DNA of 64,000 nucleotides from Candidatus Levyibacteriota bacterium (GTDB lineage: Bacteria > Patescibacteriota > Microgenomatia > Levybacterales > UBA12049): NCBI GenBank assembly GCA_016432345.1, contig CP066685.1, forward strand, positions 695,740-759,739, read 5' to 3'. Shown piece after piece: positions 50,167 through 59,958 of this stretch (positions are counted from its first letter, which is position 1; every line of letters begins with the position of its first letter). Made by a program: the position numbers and the translations under genes. The notes beneath the pieces are model-generated. The model was not told the DNA's origin and did not search any database. It saw nothing but the letters and a program-made list of their open reading frames with translations.

Positions 50167-50790
50167 CTGATCTTGTGATAAAGGCTGTATCTGTCTGCCT
50201 GGATCAAAATTAACCGAGTCGTACGGTTTGTAATAAAATAAAACTTTAATTGTCGAGGTAGATTCGCTAACATTTATATTTGTCGCCTCTGACAAAGGAA
50301 ACCTCTCCATCAGCATGCGCAAAAACTGTTTACTGCTTACAATATCGCCGTTAATGCTAAGCGATATCTCGATAGGATAAGCGTTTGTAACCTTGGTTTT
50401 ACTAGCAGACAATTCTCCAATCTGAAAAGAAAAATCTCCCAAAACAACATTTGCCTCTGTCGCCGCCTGGGCAATAGCCCGTAAAATCCCGCCAAAATCT
50501 TTTTCCGCTGGCAAAGCCGATGAAACAACTTTTAATTTTTCATCTAAATTTGTTTCGTCTACAGCTAAAAGGGTATTGGTATTGCTTTTAACTACATTTA
50601 CTCTTTCTTTAATATTTTTTTCCTCGTCTAAATACGAAAAATAATCGTTTATCTGGGGCATAACCGCCAAATACACCAGCGCAATCGCCAGCGCAATAAG
50701 TAAAAACGGCAGCAGATATACCTTATTTTTGTAATAAAGTAGTCTAAAAGTATTCTGATCAAATACGTCTTTTACGATACCTGTATTCAT
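50125..50790 (-). CDS. PilO-like pilus assembly protein
   Basis: TM helix, coiled coil, ALP motif; follows pilM/pilN. Confidence 0.7.
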   Translation of the reverse strand: MNTGIVKDVFDQNTFRLLYYKNKVYLLPFLLIALAIALVYLAVMPQINDYFSYLDEEKNIKERVNVVKSNTNTLLAVDETNLDEKLKVVSSALPAEKDFGGILRAIAQAATEANVVLGDFSFQIGELSASKTKVTNAYPIEISLSINGDIVSSKQFLRMLMERFPLSEATNINVSESTSTIKVLFYYKPYDSVNFDPGRQIQPLSQDQLSLLNQLAAFKLQ

Positions 50791-51323
50791 GGCAAATTAC
50801 CAGTTAAAGAAATAGTATATTTCCCGGTTTTTGGATCAACAGTCAACCCTTCCAGGGTAATTTTGGCAAAAATTTTTTTATTTTCCGATAAATTTTCAAA
50901 GCCGTTTAAAAGCTTATCAATAGACAAAAGAGAAGACGATGTTATAGTCATTGATAAATTTTTTTTATCCAAATTTAAAGACTGTACGGTAATATTAGAC
51001 GGAATCACATTTACAGTCTCTGTAATTACCCCGTCAAACGTGGACCGCTTTTTTAAGATATCCGAAATATCTTTTATCCGACTTTCCGCATAAAGCAGTT
51101 TCCCGGCTTTTTTGCTTACAGCGGTAATTTGAGAAATAGCGGCATTTTCTTTTTCTTTAAGCGATTCTACCCCCAGTCTAAATTTAAGAAAGAAAAAAAT
51201 CAAAGAAGTTAAAACCACCAAAGTCAAAGAAACAACAGAAGAAATTCTAATTATCTTTAATATCTTTTCCTGCCGAAAACGTTTGGCCTTGCTGCCTTTT
51301 AAGAGATTAATTTTGTCATTCAT
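50787..51323 (-). CDS. PilN-like pilus assembly protein
   Basis: INLL motif, TM helix; ATG 51323. Confidence 0.75.
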   Translation of the reverse strand: MNDKINLLKGSKAKRFRQEKILKIIRISSVVSLTLVVLTSLIFFFLKFRLGVESLKEKENAAISQITAVSKKAGKLLYAESRIKDISDILKKRSTFDGVITETVNVIPSNITVQSLNLDKKNLSMTITSSSLLSIDKLLNGFENLSENKKIFAKITLEGLTVDPKTGKYTISLTGNLP

Positions 51324-52353
51324 ATTCCCGCATTGCCAACCCGCATACCACAGTAAAATTAGCCGCATCATCGGCAATTTCTTTTGGCAGCAAAGACACG
51401 TCTATACCAAGCTCTTTAAAAGGATTAGCAACCACTGTTTCTATGCTGCAATTTTGGGCAAAAAATAAATCAATCCCGGGCAAACGGGCGCTTCCCCCGG
51501 ACAAAATAATTTGTTGAATCGGCAATTCGCTTTGATACTTCTGGGAATAAAATTCCATCGCTTTTTTAACTTCGTTAATAATAGACATTAAAATTGGTTC
51601 TGTGGCTTTGCCAATCTTTACATTCTGCCCTTGCTGCAAAATACCATGCACTTTTTTATACTCCTGCGCTTGAGCAATGTTTAATCCAAGATCGCCTGCT
51701 ATGGCTCGCGTAATGGCAATACTGCCGGTGGCTATAGTATAAGAAAAAACAATTACTCCGTTTTTGATAATGGCAAAGGAGGTGCTTAAATCCCCGATAT
51801 ACACAACAAGGATGCTTGGCACTTGATTTCTAATAAGAGGCCTTATGGTAGATAATATCTCGGTTTCAACCACATTAATACTTAATCCTGCCAAATCGAG
51901 AATTTTTTGATACCTATCCAAAAGCATGGTGGGAGTACCCACAAGAAGCACTTGCATTTTTTGTCCCTGGATCGGCTTTTGCGGCTTTTGCAGTACCGTC
52001 CAATCCAGAGTAACGTTTTTTAACGGCAAAGGAATATACTGTTCCGCTTCCCAATAAATAGCAGACGACAACTCCTGATCGGATAAAATCGGTAAATCTA
52101 TTACCCTGGTGTAAACCTGGCTATCAGGCAAGGCGATATTTACATATGGCGTGGTAATTTTCCCCTGCATCAGCATTTGTTTAATGCTTTGCGCCATTGC
52201 CTCCTGATCGAAGGGCGAATCAGACAGCATACCCTTAGACGAGGTAGGCATTTGCGCAATCGCCGCAACATTAAATTTTTCTTTATCTTCAGCAAGCCAA
52301 ATTGCTCTGGTTAAAATTGGCCCGATATCAAGCCCGAAAGGTTTTGTTTTCAT
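51316..52353 (-). CDS. pilM: type IV pilus assembly protein PilM
   Basis: GLDIG, EAEQYIP, LSGGSA, GLAMR. Confidence 0.92.
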   Translation of the reverse strand: MKTKPFGLDIGPILTRAIWLAEDKEKFNVAAIAQMPTSSKGMLSDSPFDQEAMAQSIKQMLMQGKITTPYVNIALPDSQVYTRVIDLPILSDQELSSAIYWEAEQYIPLPLKNVTLDWTVLQKPQKPIQGQKMQVLLVGTPTMLLDRYQKILDLAGLSINVVETEILSTIRPLIRNQVPSILVVYIGDLSTSFAIIKNGVIVFSYTIATGSIAITRAIAGDLGLNIAQAQEYKKVHGILQQGQNVKIGKATEPILMSIINEVKKAMEFYSQKYQSELPIQQIILSGGSARLPGIDLFFAQNCSIETVVANPFKELGIDVSLLPKEIADDAANFTVVCGLAMREYE

Positions 52354-53222
52354 TGTTGAGACGAAAAAAGAATATACTGAAAAAACTCATTTGGAAGTTT
52401 GGGAAACCCCTGATAATAAGTTATTTTTCTGGCAGTGTCTCCCGATTTACCGGTTGAATTTATGCTTTTACCCTGGGAAGGAAATGCTCTTGTACCCTTA
52501 ATTCCAATTTGCGTATTCGCATACAAAGGAACAACCCTAACAACTATACCTCTTGATGAATCGGCAATATAAATTGATTTTCTATAAGCAAAAGTTTTGC
52601 CCGCCACCGATCCAACGCCGCCATCTTCCGAAGAAAACTTATTAACTAATCTTCTATCCGAACAGGGATCAACGGCATACCGCGTGGACACTGGCGACTG
52701 CGGCCTACCCGATATCACAATTATTTCGACTGCCGCCATAGTATTTATAATGGAATCAGTATTGCATTTATCGCTTGTCAAACCCCAGTAAACAGTAATG
52801 CCTGCGCTACCCGCTGTTGTCTGCCAACCGCTATTATAATTAAGCGTGCCGTCTGTCATATGATCAACCAGCCAAACATCAACTCCATCGTCTTTGGCAA
52901 CTGGCGCAATGTTTTGGCACAAACTTGCATCAGCGCCGCAATTAACTATAAATTCATTTCCTCCAACTGTTGTCGGCTTATTAGCCTTAACGACAGCATT
53001 ATTTCCAAGCGATAATTCTACCTCTTCACCTGTTTTAAGCGCCTCCTCAACTCCTGCTTCTGCTGCCGAAAACGCTCGCTGCGAGTTATCCTCCTCTGTG
53101 CTGATGCGCAAATTAACTATCGAGCGCGAAGCAAGCGACAAACCAACAGTTAAAGAAACTACCACTATCAAAATCACAATTAAAAGTGTTTGTCCGCTTT
53201 CCGAATTGAAAATTGTCTTCAT
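52350..53222 (-). CDS. PilX-like minor pilin
   Basis: SGQ-TLLIVIL...AFSAAEAGVE. Confidence 0.8.
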   Translation of the reverse strand: MKTIFNSESGQTLLIVILIVVVSLTVGLSLASRSIVNLRISTEEDNSQRAFSAAEAGVEEALKTGEEVELSLGNNAVVKANKPTTVGGNEFIVNCGADASLCQNIAPVAKDDGVDVWLVDHMTDGTLNYNSGWQTTAGSAGITVYWGLTSDKCNTDSIINTMAAVEIIVISGRPQSPVSTRYAVDPCSDRRLVNKFSSEDGGVGSVAGKTFAYRKSIYIADSSRGIVVRVVPLYANTQIGIKGTRAFPSQGKSINSTGKSGDTARKITYYQGFPKLPNEFFQYILFSSQQ

Positions 53223-53268
53223 CTTTCTATACGATTAGCGTATCAGTTTATCACATAAACTGTCAATG

Positions 53269-53826
53269 CTACCTTGGCGCGTTTCTCATGGTAACAGTTG
53301 TTTGGAAAGGAACTTTGGCCGCATTTTCTAAAAGCAAACCACTGCGGGTGGTAAGAGCAAAATTAATTCCAATAACAGGCGCGTCAGTCGCGCTAGCCTG
53401 CATACAGGTGAATGCGGGTAAATTACTTGGATCATCGCAAGCCAAAGTTACAGCAGAGTCTAAAAAAGAAATGCCATTTGTATAAATGGTAGGTGGAGAA
53501 GATGCGCATGAAAAAGCAAAAGTAGTATATGTCTTTTTATCATAAGCTGTTAATCGCACATAGTTATATGTTTCTGGCTCTGCTGGACAAACACTAATAA
53601 AATCTGTGCCATTGTTGCTTACACCATAAAAACCCTCGGCGTTGCGGATGGTTTTGGCCATTTGCGAAATGGCATAGTTGCCGTTTTGTCTAACCAGCGT
53701 GATAGCATTTGTCTTGTTGGCTCCCCTAAGCGAAGAAAACAAAATAGCGCCAATAATTGCTCCTACCGCAATCAAAACAACCATCACTACCAACAGCTCG
53801 ATTAAGGTAAAACCTTTATCTTTCAT
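53269..53826 (-). CDS. type IV prepilin-like protein
   Basis: GFTLIELL. Confidence 0.88.
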   Translation of the reverse strand: MKDKGFTLIELLVVMVVLIAVGAIIGAILFSSLRGANKTNAITLVRQNGNYAISQMAKTIRNAEGFYGVSNNGTDFISVCPAEPETYNYVRLTAYDKKTYTTFAFSCASSPPTIYTNGISFLDSAVTLACDDPSNLPAFTCMQASATDAPVIGINFALTTRSGLLLENAAKVPFQTTVTMRNAPR

Positions 53827-53831
53827 TTTTA

Positions 53832-54605
53832 TTACTCACCCCCACAACTACCACCTAAAACAACCTCTACAATATCAGATAAGCCGCTAGTTATACCCCC
53901 TCCATAATCGGTACTACCAGCAAATCTGTATATAATAGCATCACAGGTACTAGTTATATAGCTATAAGTATTAAAACTAGTTGTACCAGGAGCAAATCTA
54001 ACTAAGATACCTCCAGGCGTACATTGATAACCAGAACAGTAATAGATTATATATCCTGCCGCTCCATCCACAGAAGTCCAGGACAAATTAGGATTATTAG
54101 GATCATCATTATACGACAGCGCTGGGGGGACGCGGTTTGTCCCAGGAGTTGGGACAGCAGCCGAGGACAAACACGACACCTGCTTGGCGCTGTGGCAATA
54201 AAGATTGCCTGGGTTTGTACACTTGCTGTCCGACCACGATGTTGACACCGTAACTTCTGCCCCGCTTGAGCATGATGACGACAACTCTTTATTTATGGTT
54301 ACTTCCCGAACAAAAACATCAACATTTTGTCCACATCCAGTACCTTTTGGTGTAAGACTGCTCTTATCTTTATCCAAACAGTTATTGGGAGGAAATAAAT
54401 TAAACTGCGTAAAATTACTATCTCTTATTTTTCTTACTATCTCCATTCCTTGCTGAGAATATTGAGTGGCTAAATTTTGATTTTTGCTAAACTGGGCGTT
54501 GTAAAGAGCAGAAATTACCACAATTGTAATGGCCGAAACCAAAACCACAGCTATGCCAAAAGCCGCCAAAACCTCAATCAGCGTTTGCCCGTCCTCATTT
54601 TTCAT
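53832..54605 (-). CDS. PilV-like minor pilin
   Basis: GQTLIEVL; TAATG coupling to upstream gene. Confidence 0.8.
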   Translation of the reverse strand: MKNEDGQTLIEVLAAFGIAVVLVSAITIVVISALYNAQFSKNQNLATQYSQQGMEIVRKIRDSNFTQFNLFPPNNCLDKDKSSLTPKGTGCGQNVDVFVREVTINKELSSSCSSGAEVTVSTSWSDSKCTNPGNLYCHSAKQVSCLSSAAVPTPGTNRVPPALSYNDDPNNPNLSWTSVDGAAGYIIYYCSGYQCTPGGILVRFAPGTTSFNTYSYITSTCDAIIYRFAGSTDYGGGITSGLSDIVEVVLGGSCGGE

Positions 54606-55111
54606 TAGCACCCTCCTCCTATGCTTATGTTGCTTGCGCTATTAACCGATATTTTTTTACAATTGCCATACCCTGTTACTTTTATTTCGCCACCCGACCC
54701 CGAAATACCCCCTGAAATTGTGTTAAATTCAACAACCGCTATAGAAGTTTTATCAAAACTGATATTTGCCGGTAATTTTTTAGTATCCAAAGTATAAAAA
54801 CTACCACCACAGGAAACCCTAAACTCATAGTCTTTAAGATCGGGATCGGTAGCGCCGCGACATGATCCGTCGCAAATCTCCACTCTATATGCATTAAGCT
54901 GCTGCGTATCGCTGCACTGCGTTGGCTTTACCTGCGACTGCGCCCTAGATTTAGCCAACTGCAGCATGGTTGCCACCTCTGAAGTAGCAGCAGAAAGTGT
55001 TTGCGCTCTACTGTAATTTACAAATGCCGCAATGCCAACCACCGATAGGACTGCCGTAATAGCTATCACAATAATAAGCTCAATCAGCGTAAAACCTTTA
55101 TCATTTATCAT
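54605..55111 (-). CDS. FimT/GspH-like prepilin
   Basis: GFTLIELII...A.S.A. Confidence 0.85.
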   Translation of the reverse strand: MINDKGFTLIELIIVIAITAVLSVVGIAAFVNYSRAQTLSAATSEVATMLQLAKSRAQSQVKPTQCSDTQQLNAYRVEICDGSCRGATDPDLKDYEFRVSCGGSFYTLDTKKLPANISFDKTSIAVVEFNTISGGISGSGGEIKVTGYGNCKKISVNSASNISIGGGC

Positions 55112-55546
55112 TTACGGGTTTGTGAAGGTAATAGACCAATTTGTTGAACCATCACAGTATGTAGTATTATTATTTAGATCCTTATCGTTATCATTAACAT
55201 TCTCCAAACAAGCATACAAATTGTATCCCGTTCCACTTCCAGCTTGAACATAGGTATACACATATTTGCCAGTATTTAACGGATCGCAGGGAATTTTTTG
55301 TATGTAAGTTGCTGGCGGACTTCCCCCTACAAACGCATTATTACAAGCGGGCAATGAACTTGGATAACTGCCAAGGTCAGCTCGATAAATCTCTAAAGCT
55401 GCTTGAATTTGACGCAAGTTTGACTTTCTTTGTCCATCGCGAGCCCGCTGTCTAATCCCTATAAAATTTGCCATCAAAAGCGTTGTTAAAATACCAATAA
55501 TAACAATCACCACCAAAAGCTCAATTAAAGTAAATCCTTTTTTCAT
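55112..55546 (-). CDS. GspG-like major pilin
   Basis: MKKGFTLIELL, ARDxxRK, ALExY, DP. Confidence 0.88.
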   Translation of the reverse strand: MKKGFTLIELLVVIVIIGILTTLLMANFIGIRQRARDGQRKSNLRQIQAALEIYRADLGSYPSSLPACNNAFVGGSPPATYIQKIPCDPLNTGKYVYTYVQAGSGTGYNLYACLENVNDNDKDLNNNTTYCDGSTNWSITFTNP

Positions 55547-56079
55547 GGGCTCACGTTCGGGCTTGACACTGCATAGTTGCAAATTTTTCCGCAGGCAGAC
55601 GAATCTATATTGTTAAACTTTAAACTTGCTTGCGGATTTGCTCCTCCTCTTTCTAAACTAGCATACAACCAATAGGCTTGTCCATTGCTGCTGGCATAAT
55701 ATACGTACCTTCTAGTATCTGTGTCTTTAGGCAAAACAGCCATGTAGGGCGACCATTCCTCACCCCAATCTATAATTTGGTGATCTGCTTTAAATCCTTT
55801 TATTCTATAGGGAAGCTTGTCCTCTTTTGCTGTGCTTAGTGGATAACTACTATTATCTTTATGGTACTGCTCCAAAGCTTTTTGCATTTGTTCAAGGTCG
55901 GATTTTCTTATATTATCATTTGCTTTTTGCATTTGCGCCAGGGGATCAAAGTAAACAAATGCGCTTATCCCCAAAACACCAATCACAGCCATCGCCGCCA
56001 AAAGCTCAATTAGGGTAAAACCAGTCTGCAAGCGTATAGCAGGTAGCGTATAGCGTATAGTTTTTAATAAATTTTGCAT
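55543..56079 (-). CDS. GspG-like pilin
   Basis: GFTLIELL; start set at MQN because the upstream ATG overlaps the -10 box. Confidence 0.82.
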   Translation of the reverse strand: MQNLLKTIRYTLPAIRLQTGFTLIELLAAMAVIGVLGISAFVYFDPLAQMQKANDNIRKSDLEQMQKALEQYHKDNSSYPLSTAKEDKLPYRIKGFKADHQIIDWGEEWSPYMAVLPKDTDTRRYVYYASSNGQAYWLYASLERGGANPQASLKFNNIDSSACGKICNYAVSSPNVSP

Positions 56080-56131
56080 TTTGAACTTTGAATTACTTTC
56101 CATCGTAGCAACGAAGAAAATATATGTCAAG
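55998..56131. repeat. 134-bp exact direct repeat, copy A
   Basis: Identical to 59808-59941; holds promoter, 5'UTR and prepilin leader. Confidence 0.93.
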
Positions 56132-56161
56132 GAAAACAATCCTTAAAATAAAAGTTTACAA

Positions 56162-57289
56162 TTATGCAATAAAATTTAGGTAGTTTTTAGGCGTAACTGC
56201 CGCAAAAGCCGCTTGGGGATATGAAGTTATCCAATCCTTTGGCGCAACCACTTTTTTCTTGTTAGACCACTTGCATTCATACCCAAATAACTTACCGTCG
56301 CGGTCCTCCACCAAATCTATCTCCTGCTGACTATATGTGCGCCAAAAATACTGGTTGCTATAAATTCCTTTATATGAACGTTTTTTAAGCCTCTCAACCA
56401 CTACAAAATTCTCCCACAATTTTCCACCATCATCCCTCATATCAAGGCCGTTAAATTGCGCTATTATTCCATTACGTATCCCGTTGTCCAGAAAAAAATA
56501 TTTATTTTTACTAGTAATTTCAGAACGCAGATTTCTGCTTAATCCTCCTAATGATAGGATTACAAAAGATTTCTCCAACAAATCAAGATATCTGGCAACT
56601 GTTTTAATATCAATGCCAAGTTTCATTGATAACTCATTTAAAGATACTTCGCTGCCCAATTGAAATGCCAATAATTTTAACAAATCCAGTAATACTTTTG
56701 ATCCTTTGATTTTTTCTAATGACAGTACATCCTTTAACAAATAAGAATTAACTATTTCTTCAATAATACTTACTTTTTCTTGCTTGGTTTTAGCGGTTAA
56801 TACTTCTGGATAAACGCCAAAAATTAAAAATTCATTTAATCTTTCTCTAAGCTCGTGCTTATTATAAATCTCTGAAAGCTCAAGTTGAGAAATAGGAAAT
56901 AACGTAACAGTATTTTTTCTACCGGTTAAAGGTTCGCCAATCTGGTGGGAAAGGTCAAAAGACGATGATCCTGTGGCAATCACCTTAATATTTGGTATTT
57001 GATCTATAATAATCTTTAAACCCATGCCTATATTAGGAATTTGTTGCGCTTCATCAATTGCGATCAATTCATACCCTTGGGCATACTCCAAAATTTGGGA
57101 AAAATCCTGCGATCCTAAAATTTGTTGAGTACGGATATTATCTCCTATATCCAGCTTATATTTTAATTGAGTGCTGTTTAAATAATCCTGCAGCATAGTA
57201 GTTTTGCCTACACGTCTTGGCCCATAAATTACCAGCACTTTTTGTGGTTTTAACAGCTTTCCAATATCATATATTCTAGGTATAAGCAT
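56162..57289 (-). CDS. AAA_14/DUF4143 ATPase
   Basis: GPRRVGKT, IDEAQ, TGSS, EIDLV, ECK. Confidence 0.9.
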   Translation of the reverse strand: MLIPRIYDIGKLLKPQKVLVIYGPRRVGKTTMLQDYLNSTQLKYKLDIGDNIRTQQILGSQDFSQILEYAQGYELIAIDEAQQIPNIGMGLKIIIDQIPNIKVIATGSSSFDLSHQIGEPLTGRKNTVTLFPISQLELSEIYNKHELRERLNEFLIFGVYPEVLTAKTKQEKVSIIEEIVNSYLLKDVLSLEKIKGSKVLLDLLKLLAFQLGSEVSLNELSMKLGIDIKTVARYLDLLEKSFVILSLGGLSRNLRSEITSKNKYFFLDNGIRNGIIAQFNGLDMRDDGGKLWENFVVVERLKKRSYKGIYSNQYFWRTYSQQEIDLVEDRDGKLFGYECKWSNKKKVVAPKDWITSYPQAAFAAVTPKNYLNFIA

Positions 57290-57462
57290 AAAAATATGCT
57301 ATCACAACTCCACAAATTTGTCAAAATTTATGGAGTATTGATCCTTAAATTATTTTGTTAAACGTTATTTGGCAAGGTAGAAAGGGTACAACCTAGTCAA
57401 CCATTGACTTCCTTAAATAACCCTGCTAAAATTTAGATATTATTCAAAATAACCCTGCTAAA

Positions 57463-58746
57463 ATGAATTACTACCCAAGAAAACTGCTAAGTAAAATAGA
57501 ACCCTTTTATAAACTTAGGGAGATTATCGCCATAGTTGGCGCGAGACAAGTGGGTAAAACTACCCTTCTAAAAATTATTTTTGATCATTTATCAAAAAAA
57601 CATAAATGTTTATTTTTAACTTTTGAAAATCGTTCTGATTTAGAAATATTTGACACAGATATTGAAAACTTTAAAAAACTGTATTGTTTGGATTACGAAA
57701 TAATTTTTATAGATGAGTTTCAATATGCTAAAGATGCCGGGCAAAAACTAAAATATCTGTATGATACTACCAAAGTGAAGTTTTTTATTAGTGGTTCTGC
57801 TTCGCTGCAGATAAAAGAAGCAGGTAAATACCTGGTAGGCAGAGTGTTTACTTTTGATTTACATTCATTTTCTTTTGAGGAATACTTGGAAGTAACAAAT
57901 CCTGCTTTGTATCATATTGTCAAAAAAGGCTTTAACATAGTAAAAAATCTTTTAGCAGGAAACGAACCTAAAATCACAAATTTCATAAAAAGCGAAGCCC
58001 TAAATGCTAAATTAACAAATCTTTTCGAACAGTATTTGATATTTGGAGGTTATCCTAGAGTAGTAACTTCTAAAACAGACGACGAAAGAAAACAAGTTCT
58101 TGCCAGCATCATAGATAATTATTTATTGCGGGATATTAGTTCTTTACTGCATTTGGCAACGGAAAATCAGTTGTTAAATTTAAGCCGATTTTTAAGTCTG
58201 CAAACAGGTAATTTAATCTCTTACACAGAGTTATCTACAACTATCGGCATGCCTTACAAAGAAGTTAAAAACCACATCAAAATACTTGAGCAGACTTTTG
58301 TTGTTAATTTGGTTTATCCATATTTTGGCAATAGAAGAACAGAACTAGTTAAAAACCCTAAAGTATACTTTTTGGACAACGGTTTTAGAAATAAAGTGAT
58401 TGACAATTTTTCTTCTTTGTCAGACAGGTCGGATATGGGGGCATTAGCAGAAAATTTTATATTCAATAGTCTAATTAGAGGCAACATAATAGATTCAAAC
58501 AAGGTAAATTTTTGGAGAACAAAATCACAGGCCGAGGTTGATTTTATAGTTTTTAGAGAAGGGGAAATTATCCCTGTGGAAGTAAAATACGCTCCCATCA
58601 ATCAAAAAGTTGCGGGGAAAAGTCTGTTTAGTTTTATCAATAAATACTCTCCCAAAACAGCAGTTATTACTACCAACAAAGAATTTGGGGCGCGTCAAAT
58701 TAAAAACACAAATCTATACTTTATTCCTATTTTCTTTTTAGACTAG
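57463..58746 (+). CDS. AAA_14/DUF4143 ATPase
   Basis: GARQVGKT, IDEFQ, SGS, GGYP, EVDF, EVK. Confidence 0.9.
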   Translation: MNYYPRKLLSKIEPFYKLREIIAIVGARQVGKTTLLKIIFDHLSKKHKCLFLTFENRSDLEIFDTDIENFKKLYCLDYEIIFIDEFQYAKDAGQKLKYLYDTTKVKFFISGSASLQIKEAGKYLVGRVFTFDLHSFSFEEYLEVTNPALYHIVKKGFNIVKNLLAGNEPKITNFIKSEALNAKLTNLFEQYLIFGGYPRVVTSKTDDERKQVLASIIDNYLLRDISSLLHLATENQLLNLSRFLSLQTGNLISYTELSTTIGMPYKEVKNHIKILEQTFVVNLVYPYFGNRRTELVKNPKVYFLDNGFRNKVIDNFSSLSDRSDMGALAENFIFNSLIRGNIIDSNKVNFWRTKSQAEVDFIVFREGEIIPVEVKYAPINQKVAGKSLFSFINKYSPKTAVITTNKEFGARQIKNTNLYFIPIFFLD

Positions 58747-58785
58747 GCCGGCCCTACAGGGAGGGGTATCCTTCTTTTTTCATAA

Positions 58786-59889
58786 TTATTGCTCAAAACA
58801 ATATAATCTCTTTGATTCGTTACAATAAACACCACCACAAGAGCTTGTCCAAGAATTATCTGTTGCCAGATAGCCACCTGTTACAGCACTGTATAAAAAA
58901 GATGTCGTTGACCAATCACTACATGGATTACCATCGCTGCTGCCACTTGAATTAGTTTGCGTCCATACTGTACAACTGGCAGATGAAGTCAAAACATCCC
59001 CGTTTTCTGTTACGTTAATTCCATGCCTCAAATAGGAAGAGTCTGATTTCTGTGTAATCAAATCACTCCAGCTATTTGCAACTAACGTATCATCAATAAG
59101 ATTGTATGATGATGTTTTAGTAAACCTTGTACCAGGGCCGTTTGTACTATCTGAAAGCCATGTCATCCATGTCCTCCCATGCAAATTAGTAACAGTGGAA
59201 TTATCTGCTAAACTTTTGCAAATCTTATCTGCTCCATCCAAACCGCTAGTACCACTACCAGCACTTTTTAAATCACCATTATACACTTGGCTGGTCACAA
59301 AAACATACTTACTTGTGAGAGTTGGTGTAGCTGTGGGAACGGGAGTAGAAGTTGCGGTTGGTTCTGGCGTTGAAGTTGGAGCAGGAGTAGAAGTTGGAGA
59401 TGCAACTTGACCTTGACAAAGCGTGGCTGGACATGGAGCAACCGTTAAATTGGAGGATGTAGCGCTGTAATTGTATGGATCGCTGCATGGAATAACTTGT
59501 GGGCCAACTTGCGAGTCGTTTACGCAGTGATCAAGTTTGGCAAAAAGACGATAGCCGCCAGCATCAAGCCCATATTTATAAGGCATATTAGAATCCTGCG
59601 GCACTTTTTCCATATATCCTGGCCATAAATCTCCAAATGGCACGGTGTCAGGATAAGTACCGTTATCATTGTAATACACTTCAAGCGCCCTTTGAATTTG
59701 CGCCAGCTCCTGTTTCCTTTGAGTATCTCTGGCCCTTTGTATCTGATCTATTGGATTAACAACCACTAAAATCCCTGCCGTTAAAATTCCAAGAATGGCA
59801 ATCACCACCAAAAGCTCAATTAGGGTAAAACCAGTCTGCAAGCGTATAGCAGGTAGCGTATAGCGTATAGTTTTTAATAAATTTTGCAT
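58786..59889 (-). CDS. pilin with Pro/Thr linker and DUF1554-like C-terminal domain
   Basis: GFTLIELL, PT-rich linker, VFVTSxxYNG..GADxIC..LYCFEQ. Confidence 0.82.
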   Translation of the reverse strand: MQNLLKTIRYTLPAIRLQTGFTLIELLVVIAILGILTAGILVVVNPIDQIQRARDTQRKQELAQIQRALEVYYNDNGTYPDTVPFGDLWPGYMEKVPQDSNMPYKYGLDAGGYRLFAKLDHCVNDSQVGPQVIPCSDPYNYSATSSNLTVAPCPATLCQGQVASPTSTPAPTSTPEPTATSTPVPTATPTLTSKYVFVTSQVYNGDLKSAGSGTSGLDGADKICKSLADNSTVTNLHGRTWMTWLSDSTNGPGTRFTKTSSYNLIDDTLVANSWSDLITQKSDSSYLRHGINVTENGDVLTSSASCTVWTQTNSSGSSDGNPCSDWSTTSFLYSAVTGGYLATDNSWTSSCGGVYCNESKRLYCFEQ

Positions 59890-59941
59890 TTTGAACTTTG
59901 AATTACTTTCCATCGTAGCAACGAAGAAAATATATGTCAAG
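59808..59941. repeat. 134-bp exact direct repeat, copy B
   Basis: Identical to 55998-56131. Confidence 0.93.
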
Positions 59942-59958
59942 AAACCCCAGGTGGTAAA

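Noticed and set aside
55998-59941. Diversity-generating retroelement template/variable repeat pair
   Set aside because: The copies are 100% identical with no adenine-specific mismatches, lie at gene 5' ends, and no reverse transcriptase is present
59942-59957. AAACCCCAGGTGGTAA as a degenerate REP beside repeat copy B
   Set aside because: Only a short AGGTGG match; not distinguishable from chance
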